In this document: one piece after another, positions 1 through 10,156 of the stretch
Layout: each line of letters begins with the position of its first letter
Position numbering within the stretch: the stretch's first letter is position 1
From: a phage
Strand: one strand, 5' to 3'
Length of the DNA stretch: 64,000 nt
Sequence record: OZ335961.1
Made by a program: the position numbers and the translations under genes
Notes under the pieces: model-generated
What the model was told of the DNA's origin: nothing
The model's database searches: none
What the model saw: only the letters and a program-made list of their open reading frames with translations

Positions 1-429
1 TTTACTGTGATAGCAATTGTATCAATCTGCAGACCGCGAGATACACGCAACAGCTGTTGAAGGTCTTCAGCTTTAATTTCGGTAACAACAGATGCTACCG
101 GGAATGGAATTGGTTTATTAGGAGCAACTACTGTACTTGGATCGGCTGCTGGCCAAAAAATTGTTGAACGAGCATCAGCAATTTTAATATTTCCATCTTC
201 TGACTGGGAAATTTCTGCATCGTCATTAACTAGGGACAGAATACCGAGAAAACCGTTCAAATCGTAAATTGCTACATCAAAATCAATGGTGTCAGAAATA
301 TTTGCTTCCGCATAAGTTGTACCATTAACTGCGCGAGTCATAATAAATTGACCGGATTTAAGCATAATACCAGAGTTAATAGTAGCGAAATTTTTAAGCA
401 GAGCAGTAGTATCTTTAGACAGTTTCATG
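1..429 (-). CDS. 45: gp45 sliding clamp (DNA polymerase processivity factor), 3' end truncated at window edge
   Basis: Minus-strand translation from ATG at 427-429 gives MKLSKDTTALLKNFATINSGIMLKSGQF..., matching T4 gp45 N-terminal ~143 aa as recalled. Confidence 0.9.
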
Positions 430-483
430 TAATTTCCTTCAATTCAAATGAGATTTAATTTTATAACTAATTTAATAAAGCAA

Positions 484-873
484 TTAACGATTAAAATCGG
501 CAGCAATTGTTTCCGCAACAAGTTGAGCAGCAACAATTAGACGTTCATCTGCATTACCGCAATAATCATCTTCAAGGCGTTCACCACATGAAGTCATAAT
601 AAATTTAGCACCAGCATTTAAAGATTCTGTCGTATGTTTGCGCATTAGTTCAATCCATTTATTGCTTACTTCACGATCGATAGCTTCATAATACGCATGA
701 CGAGCAGGTGCAGATTTAATTTTATTCTGAATAACTTCCATCGCGTTATCAGAAAGAGACAAAACCCATGCTCGACGAATTTTATTTTGATTTTGTGGAT
801 TTGATTCAGAACGCACGTGTTTTGGCTGAATATCTTTTACATCAACAGTATAATTCACAGTAATTTTAGTCAT
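484..873 (-). CDS. rpbA: RNA polymerase-binding protein RpbA
   Basis: 129-aa ORF immediately downstream of gene 45; size and position match T4 rpbA. Confidence 0.8.
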   Translation of the reverse strand: MTKITVNYTVDVKDIQPKHVRSESNPQNQNKIRRAWVLSLSDNAMEVIQNKIKSAPARHAYYEAIDREVSNKWIELMRKHTTESLNAGAKFIMTSCGERLEDDYCGNADERLIVAAQLVAETIAADFNR

Positions 874-882
874 AATACACCT

Positions 883-1071
883 TTAGTCATAATAATCAGT
901 AACAGTCCAAGCTTCATTTCTGTTGGACATTATTTTCGTATATTCTGCTTTAAATGCATTCTTAAGCATAGATTCAGTAACTATATGCTCTTCATTAGAA
1001 AAATTATTTCTCAGAATATATCGTTTTATTTCAGGAATAGTTAATAGATGCTGTCCAGTTGAATATTCCAT
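883..1071 (-). CDS. hypothetical small protein (45.2 position)
   Basis: 62-aa ORF between rpbA and gene 46; synteny only. Confidence 0.5.
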   Translation of the reverse strand: MEYSTGQHLLTIPEIKRYILRNNFSNEEHIVTESMLKNAFKAEYTKIMSNRNEAWTVTDYYD

Positions 1072-1126
1072 GTTTTTCCTCCATAGAGATTATACTCTAA
1101 TAAATTAAAGCATAATCTCTTATAAA

Positions 1127-2809
1127 TTAAACCATTACAGTAAATCGACCAACTTTCTTCATTTGAAGATGTTGACCGTATGCTTGCGGGTCATGGTCTC
1201 TATGTGAAATAACAAAAACATTAGTATTTTTTAAACTATCTAAAATAGTTGAAATAGCTTTTACGCCTTCAACATCGGTTGCTGAATCAAAAACTTCATC
1301 AAGAATTAATGTGTTTATTTTAACACCTGAAACTTTTTCGGCAATATCACGCCAAGTAAATAAAAGAGCAATATCAATTCGTGCTTTTTCGCCTTGACTG
1401 AATGAAGCATAACTAAAATCTTCGCGACCACGGGATTTAATTGTCTCATTAAATTCTTCATCTAATGTAAACACATAATCCGCTTCCATTATTTTAAGAT
1501 AATGGTTAATCTGCTTATTAAATAATGGAATGTACTTTTTAATAATAGCACCTTTAATACCAGAATCTTTGAGCATATCAGTCAAAATTCCTCTGTGGTA
1601 TTTTTCCATTACTAAATTAGTTTTTGTCTTAACAATTTTATCAAGTTCTTCTTGAAGCAGTGCTATTTCATCAGCATGGTCAATAAACTCGGATGATGCT
1701 TTTTCTATAGCCGCTTTAACTTTTTTAGCTTTATCTACCGTCGTGATTAGAGATTGCTTTTTATTGCGAATATCATTCGCCAACGTCTGTTGGGTTTTAA
1801 TATTATCTCGGTATTCATCAACAAGAACTTTTAAATTATCACGATGTGTTGAAAGCTGTTCAAACGAATGCGTGCATTCAGAAACTTTATCTTTAATTTT
1901 AGAAACAACTTTATCACCGGAACTTAATTGTGACAAACAGGTTGGACATAATCCACCTTCGTGATACATATTAATGACTTTATTATACGAGTCAATTTTT
2001 GATTTAATTAAAAATGCTTCTTGACCGATTTTATTAAATGCATCAGTTGGATCTTCATCCAAAACAATATTAACTAATCTTTCATTAGCTTCTTCTATTT
2101 CCGATTTTAACGTTCTAGCTTCTTTTGCCAAATCATCATACATATTCTGCAGACGAGTAAGGTTATCACCAGTTAATTTTTTCTGGCGTTCAACGTTATC
2201 ATTATATATTTTAATTTGTTGGATAATACTATCTTTTTTAACATCAAGCACTTGGTTTTGTGAATTTAATTCACGTATTAGTGCTTTATTAAGCTTATCC
2301 ATTTCAGCTAATGTTCCTACCTCGAGCAGGTCTTCGACAAGCTTTCTTCTTGCAGGAGTGGATAGGCCCATAAAAGGGGTATATCCAGCCGTGCCGAGTA
2401 CGACGATCTGTTTGAAACTGGCATATGACATTCCGATAAGCTGTTCAAATTCTGCTTGGAAATCTTTACTGCTGGCAGATTCATTAAGACGTGTACCGTT
2501 AACGGTGATTTCGAAAACATTCGGTTTTTGTCCTCTTTTGATATAGTACTTTTTCTCATCATATTCCATCCACAGTTCAACTAAAAGTTCTTTCTTATTT
2601 GTGCTGTTTATTAATTGACCTTTCTTTACATCGCGGAATGGCTTGCCAAAAAGCCCAAATGTGATGGCTTCTAACATAGTAGACTTACCACCACCATTTC
2701 GCCCAGTAATAAGAGTTTTTTGAACCTTATCTAGTTGAATATCAATAGGATTTCCACCTACTGACATTATATTTTGATACCTAACTCGGTTTAGTTTAAA
2801 ATTCTTCAC
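1127..2809 (-). CDS. 46: gp46 recombination ATPase, Rad50/SbcC-like
   Basis: 560 aa; N-terminal Walker A GRNGGGKST, long central coiled coil with CPTC zinc hook, C-terminal ABC signature and LILDEVFD Walker B. Confidence 0.9.
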   Translation of the reverse strand: MKNFKLNRVRYQNIMSVGGNPIDIQLDKVQKTLITGRNGGGKSTMLEAITFGLFGKPFRDVKKGQLINSTNKKELLVELWMEYDEKKYYIKRGQKPNVFEITVNGTRLNESASSKDFQAEFEQLIGMSYASFKQIVVLGTAGYTPFMGLSTPARRKLVEDLLEVGTLAEMDKLNKALIRELNSQNQVLDVKKDSIIQQIKIYNDNVERQKKLTGDNLTRLQNMYDDLAKEARTLKSEIEEANERLVNIVLDEDPTDAFNKIGQEAFLIKSKIDSYNKVINMYHEGGLCPTCLSQLSSGDKVVSKIKDKVSECTHSFEQLSTHRDNLKVLVDEYRDNIKTQQTLANDIRNKKQSLITTVDKAKKVKAAIEKASSEFIDHADEIALLQEELDKIVKTKTNLVMEKYHRGILTDMLKDSGIKGAIIKKYIPLFNKQINHYLKIMEADYVFTLDEEFNETIKSRGREDFSYASFSQGEKARIDIALLFTWRDIAEKVSGVKINTLILDEVFDSATDVEGVKAISTILDSLKNTNVFVISHRDHDPQAYGQHLQMKKVGRFTVMV

Positions 2810-3069
2810 AAAAGATTCCTTTTAATGTATCTTTTAGACCATTCTATCATATCATCATAATCTAAAAAGTATTCATCAAATTCAGCCATGCAAACAACAC
2901 CTTGCGCTGCTTTTGATGTGATATAAATTATTCCAACATATCTAGAATCTTCTTCGGTGTAATCAATATTTGCTATGAATTCATCGTTAATGTCAAATGT
3001 CGAAAACTTCACAATATGCATCCTTAATACAAGATACAGCCATATCTTGTAATGATTTAGGTGTGTCAT
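2806..3069 (-). CDS. hypothetical protein (46.1 position); true start may be internal Met near 3021
   Basis: ORF overlaps the next ORF by 77 nt; synteny. Confidence 0.45.
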   Translation of the reverse strand: MTHLNHYKIWLYLVLRMHIVKFSTFDINDEFIANIDYTEEDSRYVGIIYITSKAAQGVVCMAEFDEYFLDYDDMIEWSKRYIKRNLL

Positions 3070-3256
3070 TATCTAAAATGTTGAAGTTAAAAGATACAGC
3101 CCAATCAGTGCAGACCGTAACCTTTTTAATACAATTATCTTCAACCTCTAGCGGTTCAAACCAATATTCAATAATTTCTTTATGCCCAATATCATCTTTT
3201 ACTTCGCATTCAAAATGCTGACTCATCATAACATTTTTAAATTCATCAAAAGTCAT
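2993..3256 (-). CDS. hypothetical protein (46.2 position)
   Basis: 87-aa ORF, stop overlaps gp47 start region. Confidence 0.5.
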   Translation of the reverse strand: MTFDEFKNVMMSQHFECEVKDDIGHKEIIEYWFEPLEVEDNCIKKVTVCTDWAVSFNFNILDNDTPKSLQDMAVSCIKDAYCEVFDI

Positions 3257-4272
3257 TGTGTTGCCTCTACATATAACTGATTTGCATATTGAATAAGTGC
3301 TTCGCGGTCAGAATCAGTGATGTCTGGAATTGCATTAATGTATTCTTCCATCAACATCTGAAGAGATTGAACTTCAACTTCTTCACTATCATCTGACTCG
3401 ACAGAGTTATCAATCTTTGACACAACTCGTAATGAATGCACAACTTTTTCTAGTTCAGATTCGAACTTCGTTAGATTTTTGTCTACTTCAGTTACTATAA
3501 CACGCACTGATAGATTTGTAAAATCTTTATAGTCAATTTTTCCCTTAAATGGATACTGAATTCGACGATGCCAGGTGGTGTTGTTTGGAATAAATTCCAT
3601 TCGTTCTGTTTCTGTATCAAACATCCAGAACCCGCGAGGGTCATTCTCGTCACCTGCAGTTAGTGTCCATGGTGTCCCAATATATCTGACGTTAGCAGCC
3701 TCAGAGATAGTATGGAAGTGACCAGACCACACTTCCTTATAAGTCTTAAGGAAATCAGGTTCAAGACCGTGAGATTTCATTCCTTTATAAAAATAAAATC
3801 CATTCAGTTCCCAGTGACCAACACAAAAAGAAGCAGATGAAGTTTTGATGTGTTCAAGAATTTCACCAGTATTTTCTTCGCACATCCAAGGAATTAAATC
3901 AATCAAACATCCGTCAAAATCTACTGTAGTAGGCTTATCATATACTTTAACATTAGGATATTTAGCCAAAAGCTCAGTAGAAGCATTTGGAGTTAAAGTA
4001 TTTTTAAAGTGCATATCATGGTTTCCTACAACAGTATGTAGGGTAATACCAGCATCATCAAGCATTTGAACTATTTCACGGGCGAATTCCATAGTTTTAT
4101 GCGTGATTGCTTTTCGCACATCAAAAATATCGCCGTATTGAATCCATGCAGTAATTCCATTTTTCTTAGAATATTCTATTGCTTGTTTAATTCCATCCAA
4201 CTGAATGGATTGAACCCACTCATCATCGGCTTTAACACCTAAATGCCAATCACCTAAATTTAAAATTTTCAT
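3253..4272 (-). CDS. 47: gp47 recombination nuclease, Mre11/SbcD-like calcineurin-fold phosphoesterase
   Basis: 339 aa; N-terminal LGDWHLG and GNHD metallophosphatase motifs; adjacent to gp46. Confidence 0.9.
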   Translation of the reverse strand: MKILNLGDWHLGVKADDEWVQSIQLDGIKQAIEYSKKNGITAWIQYGDIFDVRKAITHKTMEFAREIVQMLDDAGITLHTVVGNHDMHFKNTLTPNASTELLAKYPNVKVYDKPTTVDFDGCLIDLIPWMCEENTGEILEHIKTSSASFCVGHWELNGFYFYKGMKSHGLEPDFLKTYKEVWSGHFHTISEAANVRYIGTPWTLTAGDENDPRGFWMFDTETERMEFIPNNTTWHRRIQYPFKGKIDYKDFTNLSVRVIVTEVDKNLTKFESELEKVVHSLRVVSKIDNSVESDDSEEVEVQSLQMLMEEYINAIPDITDSDREALIQYANQLYVEATQ

Positions 4273-4409
4273 ATATCAAGAACCGTCATTGAAATGCAAA
4301 ATAAAATTATTGAAATAAATCCATCTGGAGTGCTAAAGAACCCAATCCAACACGCTCTAGTGAATAGATAAAATGCGAGAAAAAGTATCACATATCCAAG
4401 AAATATCAT
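4269..4409 (-). CDS. small hydrophobic membrane peptide (46 aa; 47.1-like)
   Basis: Hand-translated MIFLGYVILFLAFYLFTRACWIGFF...; stop overlaps gp47 ATG (ATGA); not in ORF track (<60 aa). Confidence 0.4.
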   Translation of the reverse strand: MIFLGYVILFLAFYLFTRACWIGFFSTPDGFISIILFCISMTVLDI

Positions 4410-4432
4410 TATATCAAACTCCGTATAAAGCT

Positions 4433-4450
4433 AAAGGGCCGAAGCCCTTT
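4433..4450 (-). terminator. hairpin terminator with UUCG tetraloop after a-gt
   Basis: Minus-strand RNA AAAGGGC-UUCG-GCCCUUU. Confidence 0.55.
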
Positions 4451-5651
4451 ATTTTGTAATAATGTCAAACTGTTCTTTAAAACAGAAGCTTGAATCTTGA
4501 TGCTGATACAAAAATTCATAAGCTTTTTCACGTTCACGGTCATAAAGATTTCGGTCAGATGACAGTTCTTTAATACGCTCAAATGTTGATTCCATGTCAT
4601 TTTCATCAAACCAAACGATACCGCTATCATGAGAAATTAACGGAGTATTATCAACACGGAATTTTAAATTTTCGCCAGTAGATTTCCAAAATACCGGAAT
4701 TGTTCCACACGCACCAAGCTCGAGATGAGTATATTCTAAAGAACGTTGTAGATATTTTTTATCTAATTTACTCAGCTGATAACCAAATCCGGATTTACTC
4801 ATGCGTTCAAGCATTTCGCTATTTACATAACGGTCAAGAATTTGCGTTGGCAAATTAGGAGCAATTTTAATTTGGTCTACTTGATGAAGACGATAATACT
4901 CGTATGGAATTCCTTTTTCTTTAATAGGAATGAACGCTGGAGAACGTTCCAGACCTTCCATAATAGTACTTAGTCCTGCAGGTTTAAGATGTTTTTCGTG
5001 AAAATCAAACATCTGATAAAAGCCTTTCCATGTAGTCGTACGACCAATCCAACGGTTGACATTCATGTTAATTTCAGAAACATCTTTCCAGTAGGTTGAT
5101 CGAACCTTCACAATATCCATAGGAGGCTGAAAGTTGTATACAGTCGGTGCTTCTTCAATATCATCAAACAGTGAAACAGTTTCTGGATACCATTCTTTCA
5201 TCAAAACTTTATTAAAATCGCCATTATCAGAATGACTAAAAATAACATCAGCTCGACGAACAGTTTCTTCTAATCCCAAATTTCGGCGCAAAGAAAGAGA
5301 AGAATGGTCATGTTGATAAACTACAACACGAACCGAAGGTTTAATGTTATCAATAATTTTTTTATAGTTATTAATAGTGTCTTCTTCGACTGAAGTAGCA
5401 GGAACTGAATTGATAATTAGAATATCACAATCATTTACCAGCTTAAGTGTTTTATCGTATTCTTTTGCCAATAAAACCGGAATTGAAAATGATTTATAAT
5501 CATGCGCGCAATTACGGGTAAATGATTTATCTTTAGCATAAACCAAAGTTACTTCATGACCATTTTTAATAAACCAATCACGTTGCTCAAGAGAAAATTT
5601 AGTTACGCCACAACCTTCAAGACCTCGAGCCATAAAAATGCATACTTTCAT
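4449..5651 (-). CDS. a-gt: DNA alpha-glucosyltransferase (hydroxymethylcytosine glucosylation)
   Basis: 400 aa; strong similarity to T4 AGT as recalled, with scattered substitutions. Confidence 0.9.
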   Translation of the reverse strand: MKVCIFMARGLEGCGVTKFSLEQRDWFIKNGHEVTLVYAKDKSFTRNCAHDYKSFSIPVLLAKEYDKTLKLVNDCDILIINSVPATSVEEDTINNYKKIIDNIKPSVRVVVYQHDHSSLSLRRNLGLEETVRRADVIFSHSDNGDFNKVLMKEWYPETVSLFDDIEEAPTVYNFQPPMDIVKVRSTYWKDVSEINMNVNRWIGRTTTWKGFYQMFDFHEKHLKPAGLSTIMEGLERSPAFIPIKEKGIPYEYYRLHQVDQIKIAPNLPTQILDRYVNSEMLERMSKSGFGYQLSKLDKKYLQRSLEYTHLELGACGTIPVFWKSTGENLKFRVDNTPLISHDSGIVWFDENDMESTFERIKELSSDRNLYDREREKAYEFLYQHQDSSFCFKEQFDIITK

Positions 5652-5704
5652 TTAATATCCTCATTGTTTTGGTTTATTTTACCAAAAATTTATAAAGCAA
5701 TATA

Positions 5705-5718
5705 GGAGCCGAAGCTCC
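5705..5718 (-). terminator. hairpin terminator (UUCG loop)
   Basis: GGAGC-UUCG-GCUCC on minus strand. Confidence 0.5.
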
Positions 5719-5892
5719 TATCCGCATAATACACCATACAGAGGCTCATTAGAGCTTCTAAATTTTATACGTTTATGTGTTATAGTTCCTTTTGCTTTAG
5801 CTTTATCATGAGACTCTTTAAAGCGTCTCATCATTTCTACTTTAAAGGAACGAATTTTATTATAATCTATTTCAGAAGTCTGGGCGTTCATC
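5719..5892 (-). CDS. hypothetical small protein (57 aa)
   Basis: Hand-translated MNAQTSEIDYNKIRSFKVEMMRRFKESHDKAKAKG...; immediately followed by UUCG hairpin terminator; approximate coordinates. Confidence 0.3.
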
Positions 5893-5894
5893 TT

Positions 5895-6101
5895 TCACAG
5901 TTGCCACCATTTTTTGACTTGATAAGAATCAACCCACACTTTCATATTAGGGTCTGCTCTTACAATAGGAGGATTAACTTCTTTAATTGAACTATCATGG
6001 TATTCCTTTTCAGAAATTTTCACGCAAAGATGACCATTCAAAGATTCAGTAAATCCTGCATTAATTTTAAGACGCTTGAATTTTACGTGTGTAAGCATCA
6101 A
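5895..6101 (-). CDS. hypothetical protein
   Basis: 68-aa ORF between a-gt and gene 55. Confidence 0.4.
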   Translation of the reverse strand: MMLTHVKFKRLKINAGFTESLNGHLCVKISEKEYHDSSIKEVNPPIVRADPNMKVWVDSYQVKKWWQL

Positions 6102-6384
6102 TCATATCCTCAATCTGCGATCTAGTAGTCTTCCAAAGAATACTAATGAGTTCATCGTTATATGGCTGTTTTAGAATATCCCGACTTTTCTTGATAGCAT
6201 ATTCGTATTGAGCAAAATTATTGTTTTCAGCTGCAATCTGAGCGTGCTTATAAAGACGGTTCAGTTCGCGTTTGTTTTTAGACAATAACTTATTTGCTTT
6301 TCTTTCTGCTTCAAGACGGTTCTTTTCTTCAATAGAAGAAATAAGCTTTTCCACTTCATCATTAATTTCGGGTTTATCAGTCAT
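6067..6384 (-). CDS. hypothetical protein
   Basis: 105-aa ORF, charged/helical. Confidence 0.5.
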   Translation of the reverse strand: MTDKPEINDEVEKLISSIEEKNRLEAERKANKLLSKNKRELNRLYKHAQIAAENNNFAQYEYAIKKSRDILKQPYNDELISILWKTTRSQIEDMIDAYTRKIQAS

Positions 6385-6385
6385 A

Positions 6386-6604
6386 TTATTTCTCTAATAT
6401 AAAATAAAAATCATCATCTGTTAAATGATACCGATAGTTTAATTCTACACCATTAGATTTAAAAGCGGTATCATACGGATTTTCTGGATCAATATCAATG
6501 TCAAGAGCTAAAACTTCCCTGAGATACATTTTAAGTAAATAGGGAATAGCTTCAACTTCAGGTATTTCTTCCAAGAATCCGGAGAGGTTAATCGTTAGCC
6601 TCAT
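6386..6604 (-). CDS. hypothetical protein
   Basis: 72-aa ORF directly downstream of gene 55. Confidence 0.45.
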
Positions 6605-7145
6605 ATAAAAAATCCAAACTAGGAGAATCGTCTACAACACTTTTCTTTTCAGCCCCCGGTGTTCTATAGGTTGATTCTTCGTAATGCGTCATTTTATCGT
6701 AGATGTCTTGAATAAAAGTTTCATCTACTAACGCAACCATATCGTCGTCACGACTGTCATAGACATTGTGAACGAAGTAACTGTATTTCTTTGCAACTTC
6801 CTTACGTTCTTTTTTAATACGTTGGACGAATGCATTAAAACAAGCTTGAGTTATATATGCATGTGGGTTTTTATATTTCGTTTCATCAAAATTATGAAGT
6901 CCCTTAATAGAAGCTTCTATACCATCTGCAATCATTTCTTGTTTCCAGGATTGGGTGTATCCTGAAAAGTTGAAACGTTTAGATAAGCCTTCTGCGATAA
7001 GCATAATGGCTAATCCGATAGTATCATTCTGACGAACTACTTTATTTGGGTCTTTATTATTTGCTAATTCTGTTTTCCAATCAATAATAGCTTGTAAAAG
7101 CTCTTTATTGTTTACGTAATTATATTTAGGCTTAGTTTCTGACAT
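6588..7145 (-). CDS. 55: gp55 late-transcription sigma factor
   Basis: [24 protein letters not shown]... matches T4 gp55 (185 aa) as recalled; ORF track begins 2 codons earlier at 7151. Confidence 0.9.
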
Positions 7146-7223
7146 TTTCACCTCTTAGCTCAATTCATAGATCTATTATATCATAATATTTGAAGATCTA
7201 TCTTAAAGCATAGAGGGTATCAG

Positions 7224-7493
7224 TTATCTAAGTAAGCAGTATGCTTGGAATACTTTCTCCATCATCTTTTTAAATTCATGAATATCTATATAATGACTAG
7301 TTAAATCAGCATGATATAAAAAGTCTAAAAACTTTTCATGTGTGCTAACATATTCACTTTCATTTAATTCAGAAACATGGCTTTCCCAATATCCAACACC
7401 AGTCTTATTTGGGAAAAATGAAATTTTCATGTATTGGTCAACATAGAAAATGCCATAATTTTCAATAGTAATAGAAATATTAATAAATTTCAT
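7224..7493 (-). CDS. hypothetical protein
   Basis: 89-aa ORF, 55.x region. Confidence 0.45.
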   Translation of the reverse strand: MKFINISITIENYGIFYVDQYMKISFFPNKTGVGYWESHVSELNESEYVSTHEKFLDFLYHADLTSHYIDIHEFKKMMEKVFQAYCLLR

Positions 7494-7711
7494 GCATTCA
7501 TCAACTTAGCCGCTTCAAGAGCTGCATCTAGTGAATCAAACTGGTCAACGTATTCAATCAATTCGCCATAATTAGCGTATAACCACCATTGGCTAAATTC
7601 ATACTCAAGGATGAATCCATTTCCTTCAATTTGAGTTAAACCAATGCCATTTGTATTTACTTCATATCCGGCAAGACGTAAATCGTTAATAAGAGCTTCG
7701 TTCATATTCAT
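7490..7711 (-). CDS. hypothetical protein
   Basis: 73-aa ORF, start/stop overlap with neighbours. Confidence 0.45.
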   Translation of the reverse strand: MNMNEALINDLRLAGYEVNTNGIGLTQIEGNGFILEYEFSQWWLYANYGELIEYVDQFDSLDAALEAAKLMNA

Positions 7712-8034
7712 ACCTTAGCAATTTTCAGGTCAGCAAATTTTTTCTTGCGTTGATTTTTCATACGACGAATAGTTTTATCAGAAATTTCATGCTTTTGATA
7801 AGCTTTAGATTCTACGCCAAAAGCTTTAACATCAAATTCTGACAAGATATATTGAACCAACAATTCGCGGACAGTATTGCGTCCAATCTTCTGATCGTTC
7901 TGTTTCATCGTCTGATGAAGCTCTTTTTCCCATTTATCCAAAATTTGAGGAGTTACAATATCGCCTTTTTCTAGCAAAGAAACTACTTTATCATATGCAT
8001 AAGAATTGATGGCGTTTTTAATTTGAATAGTCAT
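7708..8034 (-). CDS. hypothetical protein
   Basis: 108-aa ORF. Confidence 0.5.
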   Translation of the reverse strand: MTIQIKNAINSYAYDKVVSLLEKGDIVTPQILDKWEKELHQTMKQNDQKIGRNTVRELLVQYILSEFDVKAFGVESKAYQKHEISDKTIRRMKNQRKKKFADLKIAKV

Positions 8035-8074
8035 ACATTATCCTCAATTACATTAAAATTTTATTATCCAAAAA

Positions 8075-8086
8075 GGGCCGAAGCCC
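8075..8086 (-). terminator. hairpin terminator (UUCG loop)
   Basis: GGGC-UUCG-GCCC on minus strand. Confidence 0.5.
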
Positions 8087-8287
8087 TTAGCTAAACTGTT
8101 TGGCACCCTTCCAGCCTTCGTACATCATTGCAGCTGATATTAATATTGCTCCTGCGCATTTTGAATATTTGTGATTCCAAAACCAATTTAGAAAAACTTC
8201 GTCATCAATACCTTGGGCTATCATATTTTCAAAGAACTGGCGACGAGCTTCAGCAATTCGTTGCGATAATTTAGATTCAGGATTCAT
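8087..8287 (-). CDS. hypothetical protein
   Basis: 66-aa ORF preceded by terminator hairpin. Confidence 0.45.
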   Translation of the reverse strand: MNPESKLSQRIAEARRQFFENMIAQGIDDEVFLNWFWNHKYSKCAGAILISAAMMYEGWKGAKQFS

Positions 8288-8425
8288 TTAAATTTTCCAG
8301 TTACCATTTTCATCAATAAATTTAATCCAGTCATTTACTGACCACTTGGTCGTATCGCCTTTGGAGCAACATTTAAAGTGTATAATCCTTGTTTAAAAAG
8401 CATGCGTTTGATATTCATATTTTCC

Positions 8426-8721
8426 TCAGCTGTAACGATAGCACTCGTTTGATTTACGCTTAGCAACTCGTTGAGAAGTATTATAATCAAAATCATCATC
8501 AATGTAAACTGATTTTTTCAACTTTCTTACTTCACCACGTAATTGACGATTTAGCTCATCTTTAACTTCTGAATCAATGCCTTTCATTCTACGCCATTTA
8601 TCTGAGCGAAAAATGTTTTCAACCATATCTTTATAACTTACACCATCAGGAGCTTTACGCTTTCCGAAATAGTCATAATCACGAACTTTCAAGTCTTTAC
8701 GACGATACGTTTTACCCATGG
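8426..8721 (-). CDS. hypothetical basic protein (likely start MGKTYRRKDL)
   Basis: ORF track 8426..8764; upstream small ORF overlaps so internal Met at ~8721 is more likely start. Confidence 0.45.
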
Positions 8722-8889
8722 AGTTTAATTTCCTTAGCAACTGAACTAAATACAGCACGATCACAAATCAAGTGTTTATTCCATTTAAGTAAAATATAGT
8801 GAACCTCAAAATCATCTACTGCTGTAACAATAACAATATGTCCGTTAACACGATAATACTGATCTCTTTTAATCTCTTTATCAACCATA
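8714..8889 (-). CDS. hypothetical small protein (58 aa)
   Basis: Hand-translated MVDKEIKRDQYYRVNGHIVIVTAVDDFEVHYILLKWNK...; downstream of an early promoter. Confidence 0.35.
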
Positions 8890-8914
8890 TCAAATCCTCA
8901 AAGGCAATTCATAT

Positions 8915-8950
8915 GTTAATAATACCACAGTTTGAACTTCCTGTAAACAA
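8915..8950 (-). promoter_or_regulatory. early (sigma70-type) promoter
   Basis: Minus-strand GTTTAC -35, ~18-nt spacer, TATTAT -10; approximate. Confidence 0.5.
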
Positions 8951-9029
8951 CTTTGTGAAAATTATTTTAGGGAACGATAAGAAGGGAACGATAGCTTAGA
9001 ATGGTAATATACAGAATGTGAGAAAGAAA

Positions 9030-9042
9030 GGCCCAGAGGGCC
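9030..9042 (-). terminator. rho-independent terminator after nrdH
   Basis: GGCCC-UCU-GGGCC followed by UUUCUUUCU on minus strand. Confidence 0.6.
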
Positions 9043-9046
9043 CGTC

Positions 9047-9355
9047 TTAATCTTCTATGATATCTCTATCATATCCAAGTGAAATGAGAGTTTCTTTGAA
9101 GTGTTTAATGTTCTTTTGTCTAGAATCATTGATGAAAATGACTGGATAACGAATGTTAAGAGATGTGAATCCAGCGCGTTTAGCAAGAGATACAATCAGT
9201 GGACGATCATACTCAATCTTACCATTATTTGTAAGAACTTTATAGAAAGTAAAAGGAGCATTGAGCTCCTTTAGAAGTTTTGTAACTGATTGACATCCAG
9301 GACAACGACCTACTTCATCTGGAATTCCATAGACTTCAATCTTGTTTTGTTTCAC
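9047..9355 (-). CDS. nrdH: glutaredoxin/NrdH-like redoxin
   Basis: 102 aa with CPGC dithiol motif near N-terminus; located upstream of nrdG/nrdD as in T4. Confidence 0.65.
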   Translation of the reverse strand: MKQNKIEVYGIPDEVGRCPGCQSVTKLLKELNAPFTFYKVLTNNGKIEYDRPLIVSLAKRAGFTSLNIRYPVIFINDSRQKNIKHFKETLISLGYDRDIIED

Positions 9356-9357
9356 AA

Positions 9358-9570
9358 CTATTCCTTACTAAGAACAGCATTCAGTTTGTTAGTAATTTTA
9401 TCCAGACGCTCATTGAACTCGCTAGAAGACAGTCCTTTTTCTGGAGAAATCAAACTAATCACGAAAAATATAGCAATAAAAGGAATAAGAAAAATAGCTC
9501 CAACTGCCATAAACAAAAAGAATGTTACTGTTGTAAGAAAATCAGCTAAACCTTTACGAAATTTATACAT
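9358..9570 (-). CDS. small membrane protein
   Basis: 70 aa with one long hydrophobic segment. Confidence 0.45.
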   Translation of the reverse strand: MYKFRKGLADFLTTVTFFLFMAVGAIFLIPFIAIFFVISLISPEKGLSSSEFNERLDKITNKLNAVLSKE

Positions 9571-9685
9571 ATTTTACCCTTAATTGATTAACCAAGCATT
9601 GATAAGCACTAAACTATATTGTGAATAAAATTCTGGACCAAAATGAAAAATCATATCATTTATAGTGTCCATAATATAATTCAAT

Positions 9686-10156
9686 TTAATCATGTTTCCA
9701 CACCCCATCGGTATTTGACCAAAGTCGCTGATTATCTGATCCTCGCCACAGCTTTTTGGTCGGAAGATTTTTCTCATACTTCCCATCAATAATAACATCA
9801 ACATATTTAAGCATTTCTAGTTGTTTAATATCTTCAAACTTATATCCTGTCCACAACCAAATGCTTTTATTGGGATAAAGATTTTTTACTGTTTGAACAA
9901 TGCAATGAACAACATCTCGGTTATCAGGATAGAGGGGGTCTCCTCCAGTTATAGTTAATCCTTCTATATAATCATTATTCAAACATTCAATTAATTGCTC
10001 TAGTGTTTCACCAGTGAATGGAATACCATTTCTAGCATTCCATGTTGATTTATTATAACACCCCTCGCATTTATGCAAACAACCTGTAACGAAAAGAACG
10101 ACCCTGCATCCAGGGCCATTCACAAAATCGCAAGGATAAAATCTATCATAATTCAT
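9686..10156 (-). CDS. nrdG: anaerobic ribonucleotide reductase activating protein (radical SAM)
   Basis: 156 aa; CxxxCxxC radical-SAM motif (CLHKCEGC); adjacent to nrdD. Confidence 0.85.
   Translation of the reverse strand: MNYDRFYPCDFVNGPGCRVVLFVTGCLHKCEGCYNKSTWNARNGIPFTGETLEQLIECLNNDYIEGLTITGGDPLYPDNRDVVHCIVQTVKNLYPNKSIWLWTGYKFEDIKQLEMLKYVDVIIDGKYEKNLPTKKLWRGSDNQRLWSNTDGVWKHD

Noticed and set aside
817-1108. Plus-strand ORFs (75 and 61 aa) antisense to rpbA/45.2
   Set aside because: Low-complexity AT-rich translations fully overlapping well-supported minus-strand genes; no promoter or RBS context.
4409-4630. 73-aa minus-strand ORF overlapping the 3' end of a-gt
   Set aside because: Out of frame within a-gt and overlaps the more plausible 46-aa 47.1-like membrane peptide and terminator.
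9580-9804. 74-aa ORF overlapping the 3' end of nrdG
   Set aside because: Mostly an alternative frame of nrdG; possibly a short real gene at its distal end but not supportable.
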